Origin: an uncultured Bacillota bacterium
GTDB lineage: Bacteria > Bacillota > DTU025 > MWDF01
Reading direction: 5' to 3'
NCBI GenBank assembly: GCA_963823655.1
Contig: CAWGMK010000010.1
Span: 256,001-320,000 of the forward strand
DNA length: 64,000 nucleotides
Below are positions 23,195 through 32,513 of this stretch, piece by piece; positions within the stretch are counted from its first letter, which is position 1; every line of letters starts with the position of its first letter. The notes beneath the pieces were generated by a model. It searched no databases, had not been told where the DNA came from, and worked only from the letters and a program-made list of their open reading frames with translations. Position numbers and translations under genes: made by a program.

Positions 23195-23893
23195 TTAATG
23201 CGTAGCAGCTCCGTCAAAGCCACCGACTGCGCCTATGGATAGTACTGAGGAATCCAACGGAGTCAAGCCGTTATCTTCATAGGAGACTTTGACGCTCTTG
23301 TAAATTATCTGGTCGGTGGTAAGATCGCCTGAATTGAGTGTCAGGTAAAAGTCATTCGACTCATAAGATATATTATCCCACTCACCGATGAGCGTATCGT
23401 TCAATGTCACTAAGAAGTGGTCGCTGACCTTCTTTAGTACATAAGTGTTTATAGCTTCGTTGAGCATGCCCGGAATTTCGGTACTTGAAGTCTCGATCAT
23501 CAGTAGATCAGTCGATGGGCCATCGGTCCAAAGCTGGTAATAGGGAAGCTCCGCTCCTCCGCGGCGGTAGAAGAACGAAATTATGCTTCCACCGCCGGGG
23601 TAGCCAGTCGTGCTCCCAAGCCATATAGCCCCATATACCCTTTGCGTTATGTCTGTGGCGACTTTGAACTTAACGGTTATCGTAAAATCGCCGTTTAGCA
23701 CGAACGGCGCAGTCACAAAGTTGTTTGCCTCAATTACGAGTCCTTCGGGCGCAAGCTCATAGGTGGAAGACAAGACCCAGTCGTCCAGGTCAGGCACGGT
23801 TACGAAATCGACGGACCATGATTTGACGCACCCTCCGGCGACAAGCAGCATGGCGAATGCAATAGTCGCCAGGAAGACTCTTGACCTCTTCAT
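23195..23893 (-). CDS. Hypothetical lipoprotein, beta-rich
   Basis: Signal peptide with VAGG-C lipobox-like Cys; paralog at 55187..55862. Confidence 0.7.
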   Translation of the reverse strand: MKRSRVFLATIAFAMLLVAGGCVKSWSVDFVTVPDLDDWVLSSTYELAPEGLVIEANNFVTAPFVLNGDFTITVKFKVATDITQRVYGAIWLGSTTGYPGGGSIISFFYRRGGAELPYYQLWTDGPSTDLLMIETSSTEIPGMLNEAINTYVLKKVSDHFLVTLNDTLIGEWDNISYESNDFYLTLNSGDLTTDQIIYKSVKVSYEDNGLTPLDSSVLSIGAVGGFDGAATH

Positions 23894-24304
23894 TGCATCA
23901 TCCCCTTTCTTGAACTGGTGTGTATATTATAGAAATGCTCGCTATTTCCTGCTTTTTATTAATGAAAACAGCACGGAGAGCCTGGGGCCTTATTGATATC
24001 TATTCTCATAGATATGCCAGGCGTGTGGGCTGTACATTCGTTTATGTGACCGCCATGCATTTATATTTGAACGATTACTATGAAATCCCAGAATTGAAGC
24101 CGGCGTTTCGGATTGAAATCCTCAACAGGGCGAGCAGACGAAAGAAGGCTTAACACTAATCGCTAATAACATCTGAAAGATCAGAGGCCTGTTATTCTGT
24201 TCTTCCGTTACCCCTAAAGTGCTAGTATCCTGCCTCAAGAGCGGCAAAATTGTAGGTATAGGAATCTTATCAAGTCAGTCCTTCAACTCGATGACAGGGC
24301 GTTT

Positions 24305-24742
24305 TTATTGATGGCCATATCTTTCCAGGAGATAATCCAGAGCTTCGTTGTATCCCTCAAAGCCTTTACCCATTATAGTTTTATCAGTGTAGAGCGCGAC
24401 ATAGGAAAAACTTCTAAAGTCTTCTCTTAGAACGAGATTTGAAAGATGCACTTCAACGGCGGGGAGATTTGCTGCTTTGAGTGCATCGAGTATCGCGATA
24501 CTTGTATGGGTGTAAGCGGCGGCATTTATAATGATAGCGTCGAAAGCCCCTTTGGACTTCTGAATCGCCGTAATTAACCTGCCCTCGTAATTGGATTGCA
24601 GGATTTGCACATTAATTCCCTTCTGCTTGGCCTTCTCCTTAATATACGCAACAAGCTCTGGGTAGCTCTTATCTCCATAGATCTGCTTTTCTCTTATGCC
24701 TATCATATTCAGATTGGGGCCATTTATTATATGTATTTTCAT
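24305..24742 (-). CDS. aroQ: Type II 3-dehydroquinate dehydratase
   Basis: INGPNLN..G.RE..IYG, QSNYEG, NAAAYTHTS, EVHLSN. Confidence 0.95.
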   Translation of the reverse strand: MKIHIINGPNLNMIGIREKQIYGDKSYPELVAYIKEKAKQKGINVQILQSNYEGRLITAIQKSKGAFDAIIINAAAYTHTSIAILDALKAANLPAVEVHLSNLVLREDFRSFSYVALYTDKTIMGKGFEGYNEALDYLLERYGHQ

Positions 24743-26046
24743 AGTGTTTCCTTCCATATTTCTGCTATTTTGATCTGCTTGATTCTATCTAGAATCGATA
24801 TAGCTGCGTCTTCTATCTCGCCACAATTATTGATTTCGAAATCACAAAAACCTTCGTACATGCAATGTCTGCGCTCCCAGAGCGATCCAACATCCTGCAC
24901 TTGATATAGAGGTCTTCCAGCGACTTCGAGCATGTGCAAATCACGTTTAATATGGACTCCAATCGCATTGGCGCCTAACAGGTAACGGTTCTCTTCATCG
25001 AGCAAAGCGCCACCACCCGTTGCGATTATCGCTCCATTTTCAACAGCAACTTCGCGCACTACTGCTCTTTCGAAACCTCTGAAGGTTGACTCGCCGTAAA
25101 GTTCGAATATCTGGGGTATGCTCATGCCGGTTCTTCTCTCGATGATTTCATCAGTGTCAAAAAACGGTTTCCCATAGATCTCAGAGAGCCTTTTGCCAAT
25201 TGACGTTTTGCCTGCGCCAGCCATGCCAACAAGTACAATGTTGCCTTGCTTGCGTAAACAGGCAGAGTAAATCTGTGAGAAGAGTTCTTTTTCGGTCTTA
25301 GAGCCGGTAAATAGCTCATAGGCAAGTCGAGCCTGTTCGGCCAGCATTGCTAGCCCTCCGGAGAATTTTAGCCCAAGTGATCTGGCATCCTGCACTAATC
25401 TAGTATTAATAGGGTTGTAGATTGCATCGAAAACCGCGTGGACGTTGTTAAAGTCCTTTAGCTCCACAGGCTTTTCCCCCGCATTTGGGAACATGCCTAC
25501 AGGCGTGGTGTTGATGATTATATCGGGATCAAAGCCCTTGCAGTTAGAGTAATTCAGTGAACCACTCCTTGATACAATCGCCACCTCAGCCGCGTTGTTC
25601 GAAACAGCAAGGTGCTGCGCTGTTCTGGCTGTTCCGCCGCTTCCCAGAATCATGATTCTATTTCCCTGCATCTTAATCTCTGCTCTATGAAGTGCCTCAG
25701 CCATGCCGCAAAAGTCGGTATTGTAACCCAGTAACCTCCCTTCAACATTCAGCACAATGTTGACTGCGCCGATGTCGATTGCTGTCTTATCAATGTAATC
25801 GAGGTAGTTCATGACCGTCGCTTTATAGGGGATTGTGACATTAAGCCCTGCGAAATCCCTTCTGGCAAGGAATTCGGCAACGGCATTTTCATCTGCGAGT
25901 TCTTTCAGCGAATAATCGAGCCCAAGCCTGCCATATATGTCCGCGGACAGGCTGTGGGCAAGGGTTTGCCCAAGTAGATAGTACTTTTTTACTCCTGGTT
26001 TAGCCGCTGTTGAGTGACAGCGGATCTCTTTAGAACCATCCATCAT
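24739..26046 (-). CDS. aroE-aroK: Shikimate dehydrogenase-shikimate kinase fusion
   Basis: NVTIPYK, GYNTD, GSGGTA, NTTPVGM; then GMAGAGKT P-loop, FRGFE, ATGGG. Confidence 0.92.
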   Translation of the reverse strand: MMDGSKEIRCHSTAAKPGVKKYYLLGQTLAHSLSADIYGRLGLDYSLKELADENAVAEFLARRDFAGLNVTIPYKATVMNYLDYIDKTAIDIGAVNIVLNVEGRLLGYNTDFCGMAEALHRAEIKMQGNRIMILGSGGTARTAQHLAVSNNAAEVAIVSRSGSLNYSNCKGFDPDIIINTTPVGMFPNAGEKPVELKDFNNVHAVFDAIYNPINTRLVQDARSLGLKFSGGLAMLAEQARLAYELFTGSKTEKELFSQIYSACLRKQGNIVLVGMAGAGKTSIGKRLSEIYGKPFFDTDEIIERRTGMSIPQIFELYGESTFRGFERAVVREVAVENGAIIATGGGALLDEENRYLLGANAIGVHIKRDLHMLEVAGRPLYQVQDVGSLWERRHCMYEGFCDFEINNCGEIEDAAISILDRIKQIKIAEIWKETL

Positions 26047-26339
26047 TTGATCTCTTCACGAGTTGAAGACCTCTCCTCAATGAGACTCCTTTGGTAAGCC
26101 TTACTCGTCTCGAATAGCGTTGAGAAAAGCTGCTTTGCGAACAATCTCAGTTCATCAGGCATGCTTTCCATTACGCGGTTGAGCACCTGTCTTTCGCGGT
26201 CTGTATTGAGTACAGGAGCGCCTACGCTGCGCTTTAGGAGCGCAATGTTTTTACTTACTTCCATACGGCTTCTGAAAAGAACCGCTATCTCATCATCGAT
26301 TTTGTCAATAATAGCCCTTTGTTTATCAAGTTGTTCCAT
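26043..26339 (-). CDS. Chorismate mutase (type II)
   Basis: R..IDKID..I..LF..RM..S..IA..K, RE..VL, SKAYQ. Confidence 0.88.
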   Translation of the reverse strand: MEQLDKQRAIIDKIDDEIAVLFRSRMEVSKNIALLKRSVGAPVLNTDRERQVLNRVMESMPDELRLFAKQLFSTLFETSKAYQRSLIEERSSTREEIK

Positions 26340-26431
26340 AACATTACCGCCCCTTCAGCAAATTTCGTGTTCATCCGCTTTTCCCGTTTACTTCGCTCTC
26401 GCGGAAAATCCCAGTTTGTTTGCTGAAATAC

Positions 26432-27529
26432 TTATAAAGAAGATTTGCACGCAACAGCATTTTCACCCAGCAGTACATCAAGGAGCGAGAGAGCTACTGC
26501 TGCTTCTATGCAGGGCACCGCACGCGGGACAATACAAGTATCATGGCGGCCTTTGATTTCGATGGTGGTATTCTCGCCCAGTTCAAGATCAACTGTGTGC
26601 TGAAGGATTGAAATCGACGGTGTCGGTTTGATAGCTACCTTAATAGTCAATGGCATGCCATTGGAAACGCCACCGTTGATTCCGCCATTATTGTTTGTCT
26701 TCGTTACAACCTTATCGTCCCTGTACTCGAACGCATCATTAGCCTGGCTACCACGCATTTGAGAAAACCCGAAACCAGCTCCGAATGCAATGGCTTTGAC
26801 TGCCGGTACCGCGAAAACTGCATAGGATATCAACCCCTCCAAGCCATCAAACATCGCGTCGCCAAGGCCTGCGGGCATTCCAAACACAACACACTCTATC
26901 TCACCGCCTATACTGTCATTAGCCTCTTTAGCATCCATTATCTCTTTTAGCATGCCGTTGTCCGAGGCTTCGTCTGCTACAGCAAGGCTTCGTGCTTGTG
27001 CTTCAAGGACAATGTCGGGAGTAATCTCTGCATCTTCATAGCTTAGTAGCCCTTTCGCTTTGCCGATGCGCGAGATGTAGGCTGCGACCGTAATACCTTT
27101 AGTTCGCAATATTTCCTTTGCAATGCCACCTGCGATGCAAAGTGGGGCGGTCATCCTGCCGGAGAACCTACCTCCGCCGCTTGTTGTCTGGCCTTTTAAA
27201 TAGGCTGCGTAATCTGCATGTGAAGGCCTGGGTTTGTTCGTTAGCCCGCTATAATCGCCAGTTCGCACGCTTTGGTTCTTTATGGTGGCACGTATAGGGC
27301 CCCCATCTGTTACGTCATTGGCTATCCCTGATTCAAAGTGAATAATGTCTGGCTCAATGCGGGGAGTCGACCAGGGATTATCCCCGCTTTTACGCCTATC
27401 CACGAATGACTGTACATTTTTCAGCGACACGGCCTCACCTTTGGGAATGCCACTTAACAGCATTCCAATTTCGCTGGAATGCGATTTTCCGAAAATCTCG
27501 AGTTGGATATTCTTAAAGTTTGCATGCAC
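26432..27529 (-). CDS. aroC: Chorismate synthase
   Basis: RPSHADY, GGGRFSGR, NNNGGINGG, KPTPSI, GRHD; GESH reads GKSH (see GAWTC finding). Confidence 0.95.
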   Translation of the reverse strand: MHANFKNIQLEIFGKSHSSEIGMLLSGIPKGEAVSLKNVQSFVDRRKSGDNPWSTPRIEPDIIHFESGIANDVTDGGPIRATIKNQSVRTGDYSGLTNKPRPSHADYAAYLKGQTTSGGGRFSGRMTAPLCIAGGIAKEILRTKGITVAAYISRIGKAKGLLSYEDAEITPDIVLEAQARSLAVADEASDNGMLKEIMDAKEANDSIGGEIECVVFGMPAGLGDAMFDGLEGLISYAVFAVPAVKAIAFGAGFGFSQMRGSQANDAFEYRDDKVVTKTNNNGGINGGVSNGMPLTIKVAIKPTPSISILQHTVDLELGENTTIEIKGRHDTCIVPRAVPCIEAAVALSLLDVLLGENAVACKSSL

Positions 27530-28781
27530 TAGTTATACCCCCAAGCTTTGCCATGTCTGCAAAGAAAGCCGGATAGGACTTCTTTACGCATTGGGCGTTA
27601 ATAATTCCCGTGTTTCCGACCCTGGATCCTCCTATGGCTGCGCTCATTGCCAGGCGGTGATCGTTTTGCGAATCGATGACATTGCCTCCGCGCATAGTCA
27701 CCTCCGAAAATCCTAAGGGTATCATCTGCGTATTCAGATCTTACGGAAAACCCTGCCAGCATCTTCATTATGCCCTCAAGCCTGTTGGACTCCTTGAAGC
27801 TGAGCCTATCTACGCCTCGCATGATGGATACGCCTTTCGCCGTTGCCATGGCTATCGAAAGTATAGGAGCGAGGTCCGGGAAGTTTTCGATGTTCAAGTC
27901 AATAGGCTCAAGCGCGCTCTCGTTGAAGGTGATGGAGCCATTTGAAAATGTGATTTCAGCTTTCATATCCCGCAAGATGTCAATAATCGCCCTATCGCTC
28001 TGACGCGAGTCCAAGTTGAGCCCCTTTAGAGTTACACAGCCATTAATCGCCCCTGCTACAGCGAAATTTGCAGCCCCGCTGAAATCTCCCTCCACAAGAA
28101 GGCTCCCGGGCGTTTTGAATTCCTGATTTCCTTCTAAGTGATAGAATATTGCCTTCCCGCACGACATTAACGGAAAATAGGCTGAGCATAGACAGCGTAA
28201 GATCTATATAGCCCTCCGACACAATGCCATTCTGGATGGAGATTGTGCTATCACCGTCAAGCAGAGGAAGCGCTAGATAGCAATCCCGTAACATACTGAG
28301 AACTGATAGAACCGTCCACTTCGTATGCCCCGCTGCGAAGCTTTCCGCTCATACAAAGTGGGAGCCTGTCACTGTCTGCCTTGACACCATGGGCCCTCAA
28401 GGCTTCAAGAAGTCCTGAAATTGGCCGCGAAGAAAGCTGGCCTTCACCAATGAACTCAACGTCCAACCCCAGTGCTGCAACTACCGGGATCAGGAAACGA
28501 AGGGTAGAGCCGCTCTCCTTAGCATTAAGCCTAAGATTGTTCTTGCGCGTAATTATCGGATTGACGATAATGCCCTCTTCACATGGTATAAACAAAGCAC
28601 CCATCTCACTAAGCGCTGACATTGTGGCTTCAACATCGCTGCCTACAATGTTCCCATGAAGGTGGGTTGGCCCTTTTGACAATGCGGATGCAATTAATGC
28701 TCGGTGAGCGACAGATTTTGAAATCGGTGCGAACAATTCGCCCGAAAGCTTCGACCTCTCAACGGATTCAATCATCAGCAT
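27513..28781 (-). CDS. aroA: EPSP synthase, frameshifted
   Basis: SKSVAHRA, ESGSTLRF, SSQY, PDLAP, KESNRL, NDHRLAM, KSYPAF. Confidence 0.93.
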
Positions 28782-28971
28782 ATTCTGCGAGCTCCCCCCA
28801 TGTCGTTTCTTGATGGTGCATTAGGCTAATCCATTGATGACAATAAAATCCCCTTTGCCCTCAGTCTTTAATGAAACTGGATGCACTTGTATCCCTGCAG
28901 ATAGGATCCCAACCGAAAACTTCGTTGAGCGGGCTTTAGGCATAGACAGTAATTTTAACAACCTTTCCCAT
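28768..28971 (-). pseudogene. aroB: Probable internally deleted 3-dehydroquinate synthase remnant
   Basis: About 200 bp between tyrA and aroA, where aroB sits in the clostridial operon; starts MGKVVKITV and ends with AroB C-terminus-like KTEGKGDFIVING..CTIKK..WGELAEY with stops. Confidence 0.5.
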
Positions 28972-29813
28972 CCTTCGCAGTTCTATCAGCCACTTCTTTC
29001 ATCCTCACGCCTTCTGTCAGCAATTGATTCAGCAGGACCGCATCGTTGTTCACGAGCGCCAGTTTAATATCAGCAATGTTCTTTTCGAGAGCGTCAATCT
29101 GAAGGAGCACATTATCGCGATTCTCCAAGAGCAGCTCCGTCCATGTCCTAGGATTGAGCCTCGCCACCCTGGTCATATCCTGAAAACTCCCTGCCGAGAA
29201 TCCCAAATGATCCTCAGAAAGTGGATTTCTGATATAACTCATGGAAACGACGTGAACAATTTGGGAAGTGTATGCTATCATCTCGTCATGCTTCTCAGCC
29301 GTTGCGATCCGGATGCCCTTACAACCAATCTCGCGCAGCAGTGATATTATCCTGTCCAATGCTGGATGCGAAGTTTTGACAGGTGTGACGATGGCGTAGG
29401 TGCCTTCGAATAATGATGCTGCCGAATTCGATATCCCGCATGATTTCCCTTCCAGCCATGGGGTGCACGCCAGCAAACTCAAGGTTTGGGTATCTCTCAC
29501 GCAGTGACTCCATACATCTGATTACCCTTCGTTTAGTCCCGCAGCTGTCGATGATTACTGCTCCATCCTTTAGCTTGGGTGCCGCCTTTTCCATTTCGGA
29601 TATGGCATCAGATGGACTAAGGGCGAAAATCGCCAAATCGACATCTTTCAGGTTCTCATCCGTTATCTCATCATCAATCGCCTTCAAAAGTCTCGCATCG
29701 ATCACGGTTTGCGGGTCTATGTCGCGCCCAAGAACCTTGTGCGGCGTCTTTTCCAGTATTGCCCTTCCAAATGACCCCCCAATAAGCCCCAAACCATATA
29801 TGGCGATTACCAT
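28955..29813 (-). CDS. tyrA: Prephenate dehydrogenase, frameshifted
   Basis: GLGLIGGS, GTK, HPMAG, HDEMIAYTSQ..H, GSFQDMTRVA. Confidence 0.92.
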
Positions 29814-29825
29814 GAATATCTCTCC

Positions 29826-30257
29826 TTATACGCAGTAGGTTGCATAATGCCGAGGAATCTCGCGATATCTTATGACTGCTAAGCTTAAGTGACTTTGCCA
29901 ATCGTTTAATGATTTGGTCCGGTCGTTGTTAGCCTCGGTCATGTGCCTGTCTGCACTAGCTCCTATTTATCTGAGACTGCGCCCTTAGAAATTCTGGTCG
30001 TAAACATCGATTGCCGAATTTAGCGAATGGAATTTGGCATGTGCATTAATATTGGGATCTTGGTTTTTATTTATCGACTCCACTATTTCGAATGAGTGTA
30101 AACGGTTCATGTCGATGCTTGCCGTGTCTCCGATGAGGCCAATAAGCGTGGAATTATCGCTCTCGCTCATATGGACACCTAGGCCTTGATCTTCTATCCA
30201 TCTTAAAAGGTCACTGATCTTGTTCCTGCCATGAGTCTTCCTAATGCTTATAACCAT
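29826..30257 (-). pseudogene. aroF: Internally deleted DAHP synthase (type I-beta) remnant
   Basis: N-terminal ferredoxin-like regulatory domain (GLGVHMS...TLIGLIGD...FH) joined to a degenerate C-terminal motif (ASADRHMTEANNDRTKSLND, cf. GADGLMIEVHNDP..ALSD); catalytic barrel absent. Confidence 0.75.
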
Positions 30258-30573
30258 AGCTTGCTTCGCCTCTTTCTTTAAATAATGATTCCTCATTAAG
30301 AGCTTATTGCCCCTTGTTATCAACCGTTGATTGCGTTTCTCTATTTCAATAAGCGTGCGAACATACATCCCTTTTTGGAAGGGATGTGATGCAGCATCTC
30401 TGCCTTTATGGTTGGGCCTTTCATCGTGGGGGAAAAGGTCGATCTTGTGAACCACTTTGCAATTGTTTATGTCGACCCGAATAGGTCTACTGTCACTAAA
30501 TCTGAAATTCCATTAGTACATCATCCCCCTTAATGTAGGGTAGCGGGACGAGATTTCACTCGAAGGCAGAAAT

Positions 30574-30601
30574 AAAAAAAGACCCGGATATCCCGGACCT
30601 T
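30574..30601 (-). terminator. Attenuator terminator upstream of the aro operon
   Basis: Minus strand AGGTCCGG-GATA-TCCGGGTC followed by T7. Confidence 0.75.
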
Positions 30602-30655
30602 CAGTTTTACGGCCTGCCCTCGCGCCCGCTTAAGATGATGTACCCTAAGCTTTGC

Positions 30656-30739
30656 CTATACCCAATGGTAAGCGCAAGAACAAGCCGCCGTATAGGCGTA
30701 ATATCGATATATCGCTATCATCGATATCAATTGCTTCAT
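30656..30739 (-). CDS. Tyr-rich leader peptide (27 aa) MKQLISMIAIYRYYAYTAACSCAYHWV
   Basis: GGAGG 7 nt before ATG; 5 Tyr and 1 Trp; lies between the promoter and the terminator of the aromatic operon. Confidence 0.75.
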   Translation of the reverse strand: MKQLISMIAIYRYYAYTAACSCAYHWV

Positions 30740-30775
30740 GTCTGCGCCTCCGTAGTAAGTTTGTACATTACGAGA

Positions 30776-30804
30776 AATATATAGCCCTTAAAGTGTTTTG
30801 TCAA
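30776..30804 (-). promoter_or_regulatory. Sigma70/SigA promoter of the aro leader
   Basis: TTGACA-17 bp-TATATT on the minus strand. Confidence 0.8.
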
Positions 30805-30840
30805 GGCATCGACTTGCTTCTTGTGATCAGTCAACGATAA

Positions 30841-30966
30841 TGTCATGGTGTAAACTCATCAGGGAAAGTGTCATCCTCAAGAACGATCTGCAATGAGAGG
30901 ATGAGATACGAAATGAGCAAGCAGGACGCCCGCAAGGTCACAATCATAGAGAAGCTTTTGGCATAG
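30841..30966 (+). mobile_element. Possible IS left-end scar with truncated transposase N-terminus
   Basis: TGT start, repeated TGTCAT, RBS then MRYEMSKQDARKVTIIEKLLA*, resembling ISNCY/IS481-type HTH starts. Confidence 0.35.
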
Positions 30967-31005
30967 AGGCACTACTCTGCCGATTTGGCACACGCTAAAC
31001 CTCAA

Positions 31006-32082
31006 CTATATTGTTGGGACAATCATTGTGATGTTGCGTTCGCCTATCAAGTAGATACGCTCCTGCGATTTTCTTAACGCTATCGGCCCTTTCAACCAGC
31101 TTGCCTGGTAATTCTCTATAGTATTTAGCTCTTCGTCAAGTATTACCAAGCCACCATCTACCGGTATCAAATATGTTGGCCCATCTGCTATAGGGCGTCC
31201 AACAATTCTGAATGATGAAATAATCCTTTTTAGGATTTGGCCCTTATCTATGTCAATGAGAGAAAGCGTAATCCCGTCCTTTGCCACTGCCAGGGCTTTG
31301 TCGGCGTATCCCACAACAAGGTATTCAGGAGGCTCCATAATGAGCCGCCATTCATAGAAAGGCATATCCTGATTGCTCCATTTGATTATCCCTATGTATT
31401 TGTCTAATACTAGGATGCTTTTGGGTCCAAGCACTTCTACATCTGTGAAACCGATACCTATCTTTTCTAGCTGCCTGGTTGTGGATCCGTCATTCATATC
31501 GACAATGTTGAGGTATTCTATTCCCTCCGTTAGGCCGGTATCAGCCGAGTTGTAGGAAACCTTCCCTATGACTATGCAACTGCCGTTAACCAGGTAATCG
31601 AGGGACCATACAGGCCCCGCATATTCTACAAATCAGCAGTTGGGCGGTTTGAAGTACTCCCAGGCAAGGCTTCCGTCCAGGTTAAGTGCAAACAGGCCGT
31701 GGTCCCATCCTACGAGCAGGATGCCATCCATTACCGTCAACGCATGAACAATGTCATAGGCATCGATCTGCCATTTCAACTTCCCATCTTTTGAAAGCCC
31801 GGCAACGGTATTCCCGAAAGCCATGTAAATATCTCCGAACAAATCTGTTGCCAGAAGGTATATGGGTTCGCTGGATTTCCAAGACCACCTGACATGCCCA
31901 TACTTATCGAAAACCACAGCTTGATTTCCTGCCGAAATGACAATCCCTCCGTCTGGCATTAATTCAGACGAGGTTATGCCTTCGACTTCTACCGACCATA
32001 TCTGGTCAACTTTATCGAAAGAAAGGGCAGGGGCTGCACAAATGAATAGGAAAAGTACGGCGGATGCCAACATCCTTCGCAT
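31006..32082 (-). CDS. Secreted PQQ/BamB-like beta-propeller protein with in-frame TGA at codon 150 (candidate selenocysteine)
   Basis: ORFs 31633..32082 and 31006..31497 share a frame with 45 open codons between them; DGKLKW and DGSLAW propeller repeats; signal peptide. Confidence 0.65.
31602..31618 (-). promoter_or_regulatory. SECIS-like hairpin
   Basis: GGGGCC-TGTAT-GGTCCC; apical loop begins 20 nt after the TGA and has GT at loop positions 2-3. Confidence 0.5.
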
Positions 32083-32513
32083 TTTATCCCCTCCGAATTG
32101 GCCATTACGAATGTTCTTATGAACAACTATACTGCGTTCAGAATTACTATGCTAAGAATGTGAGCAGCAGCGGCAACAGCGATAAGGAATGTTTCGAACC
32201 CGTCGGTTCATAGGAGAACAACAACGATCCAGCTCCGATGCTTATTGGGACTTCTTCCGGCTCAAGCCCATTTCTGCAACGATGCCAAGTTCATACAAAG
32301 CGAACTAATGAATACCTAACAAACAAGGTGAGCCGATGCAGCTTGTCTCGGCTCACCTTAGTGAATTCATTCTTTCTCCTCAACCTTGTTAGATCGGGCA
32401 CACCATTATTCCAATTCTACTAATGTCTCGTGATCCGACGTCTCCTGCTTTATTCAGGCATGCAAAGTCATGAATTTTGGCCAAAACTTGATTTCCTCTT
32501 ACGCCAATAGAGA

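Noticed and set aside
29985-30455. 156-aa ORF as an intact gene
   Set aside because: Only the part from 30257 resembles the AroF N-terminus; the upstream part looks like chance read-through of degenerate sequence
30260-30804. T-box leader for the aro operon
   Set aside because: No TGG-N-ACC T-box bulge or specifier stem recognised; the leader-peptide model fits better
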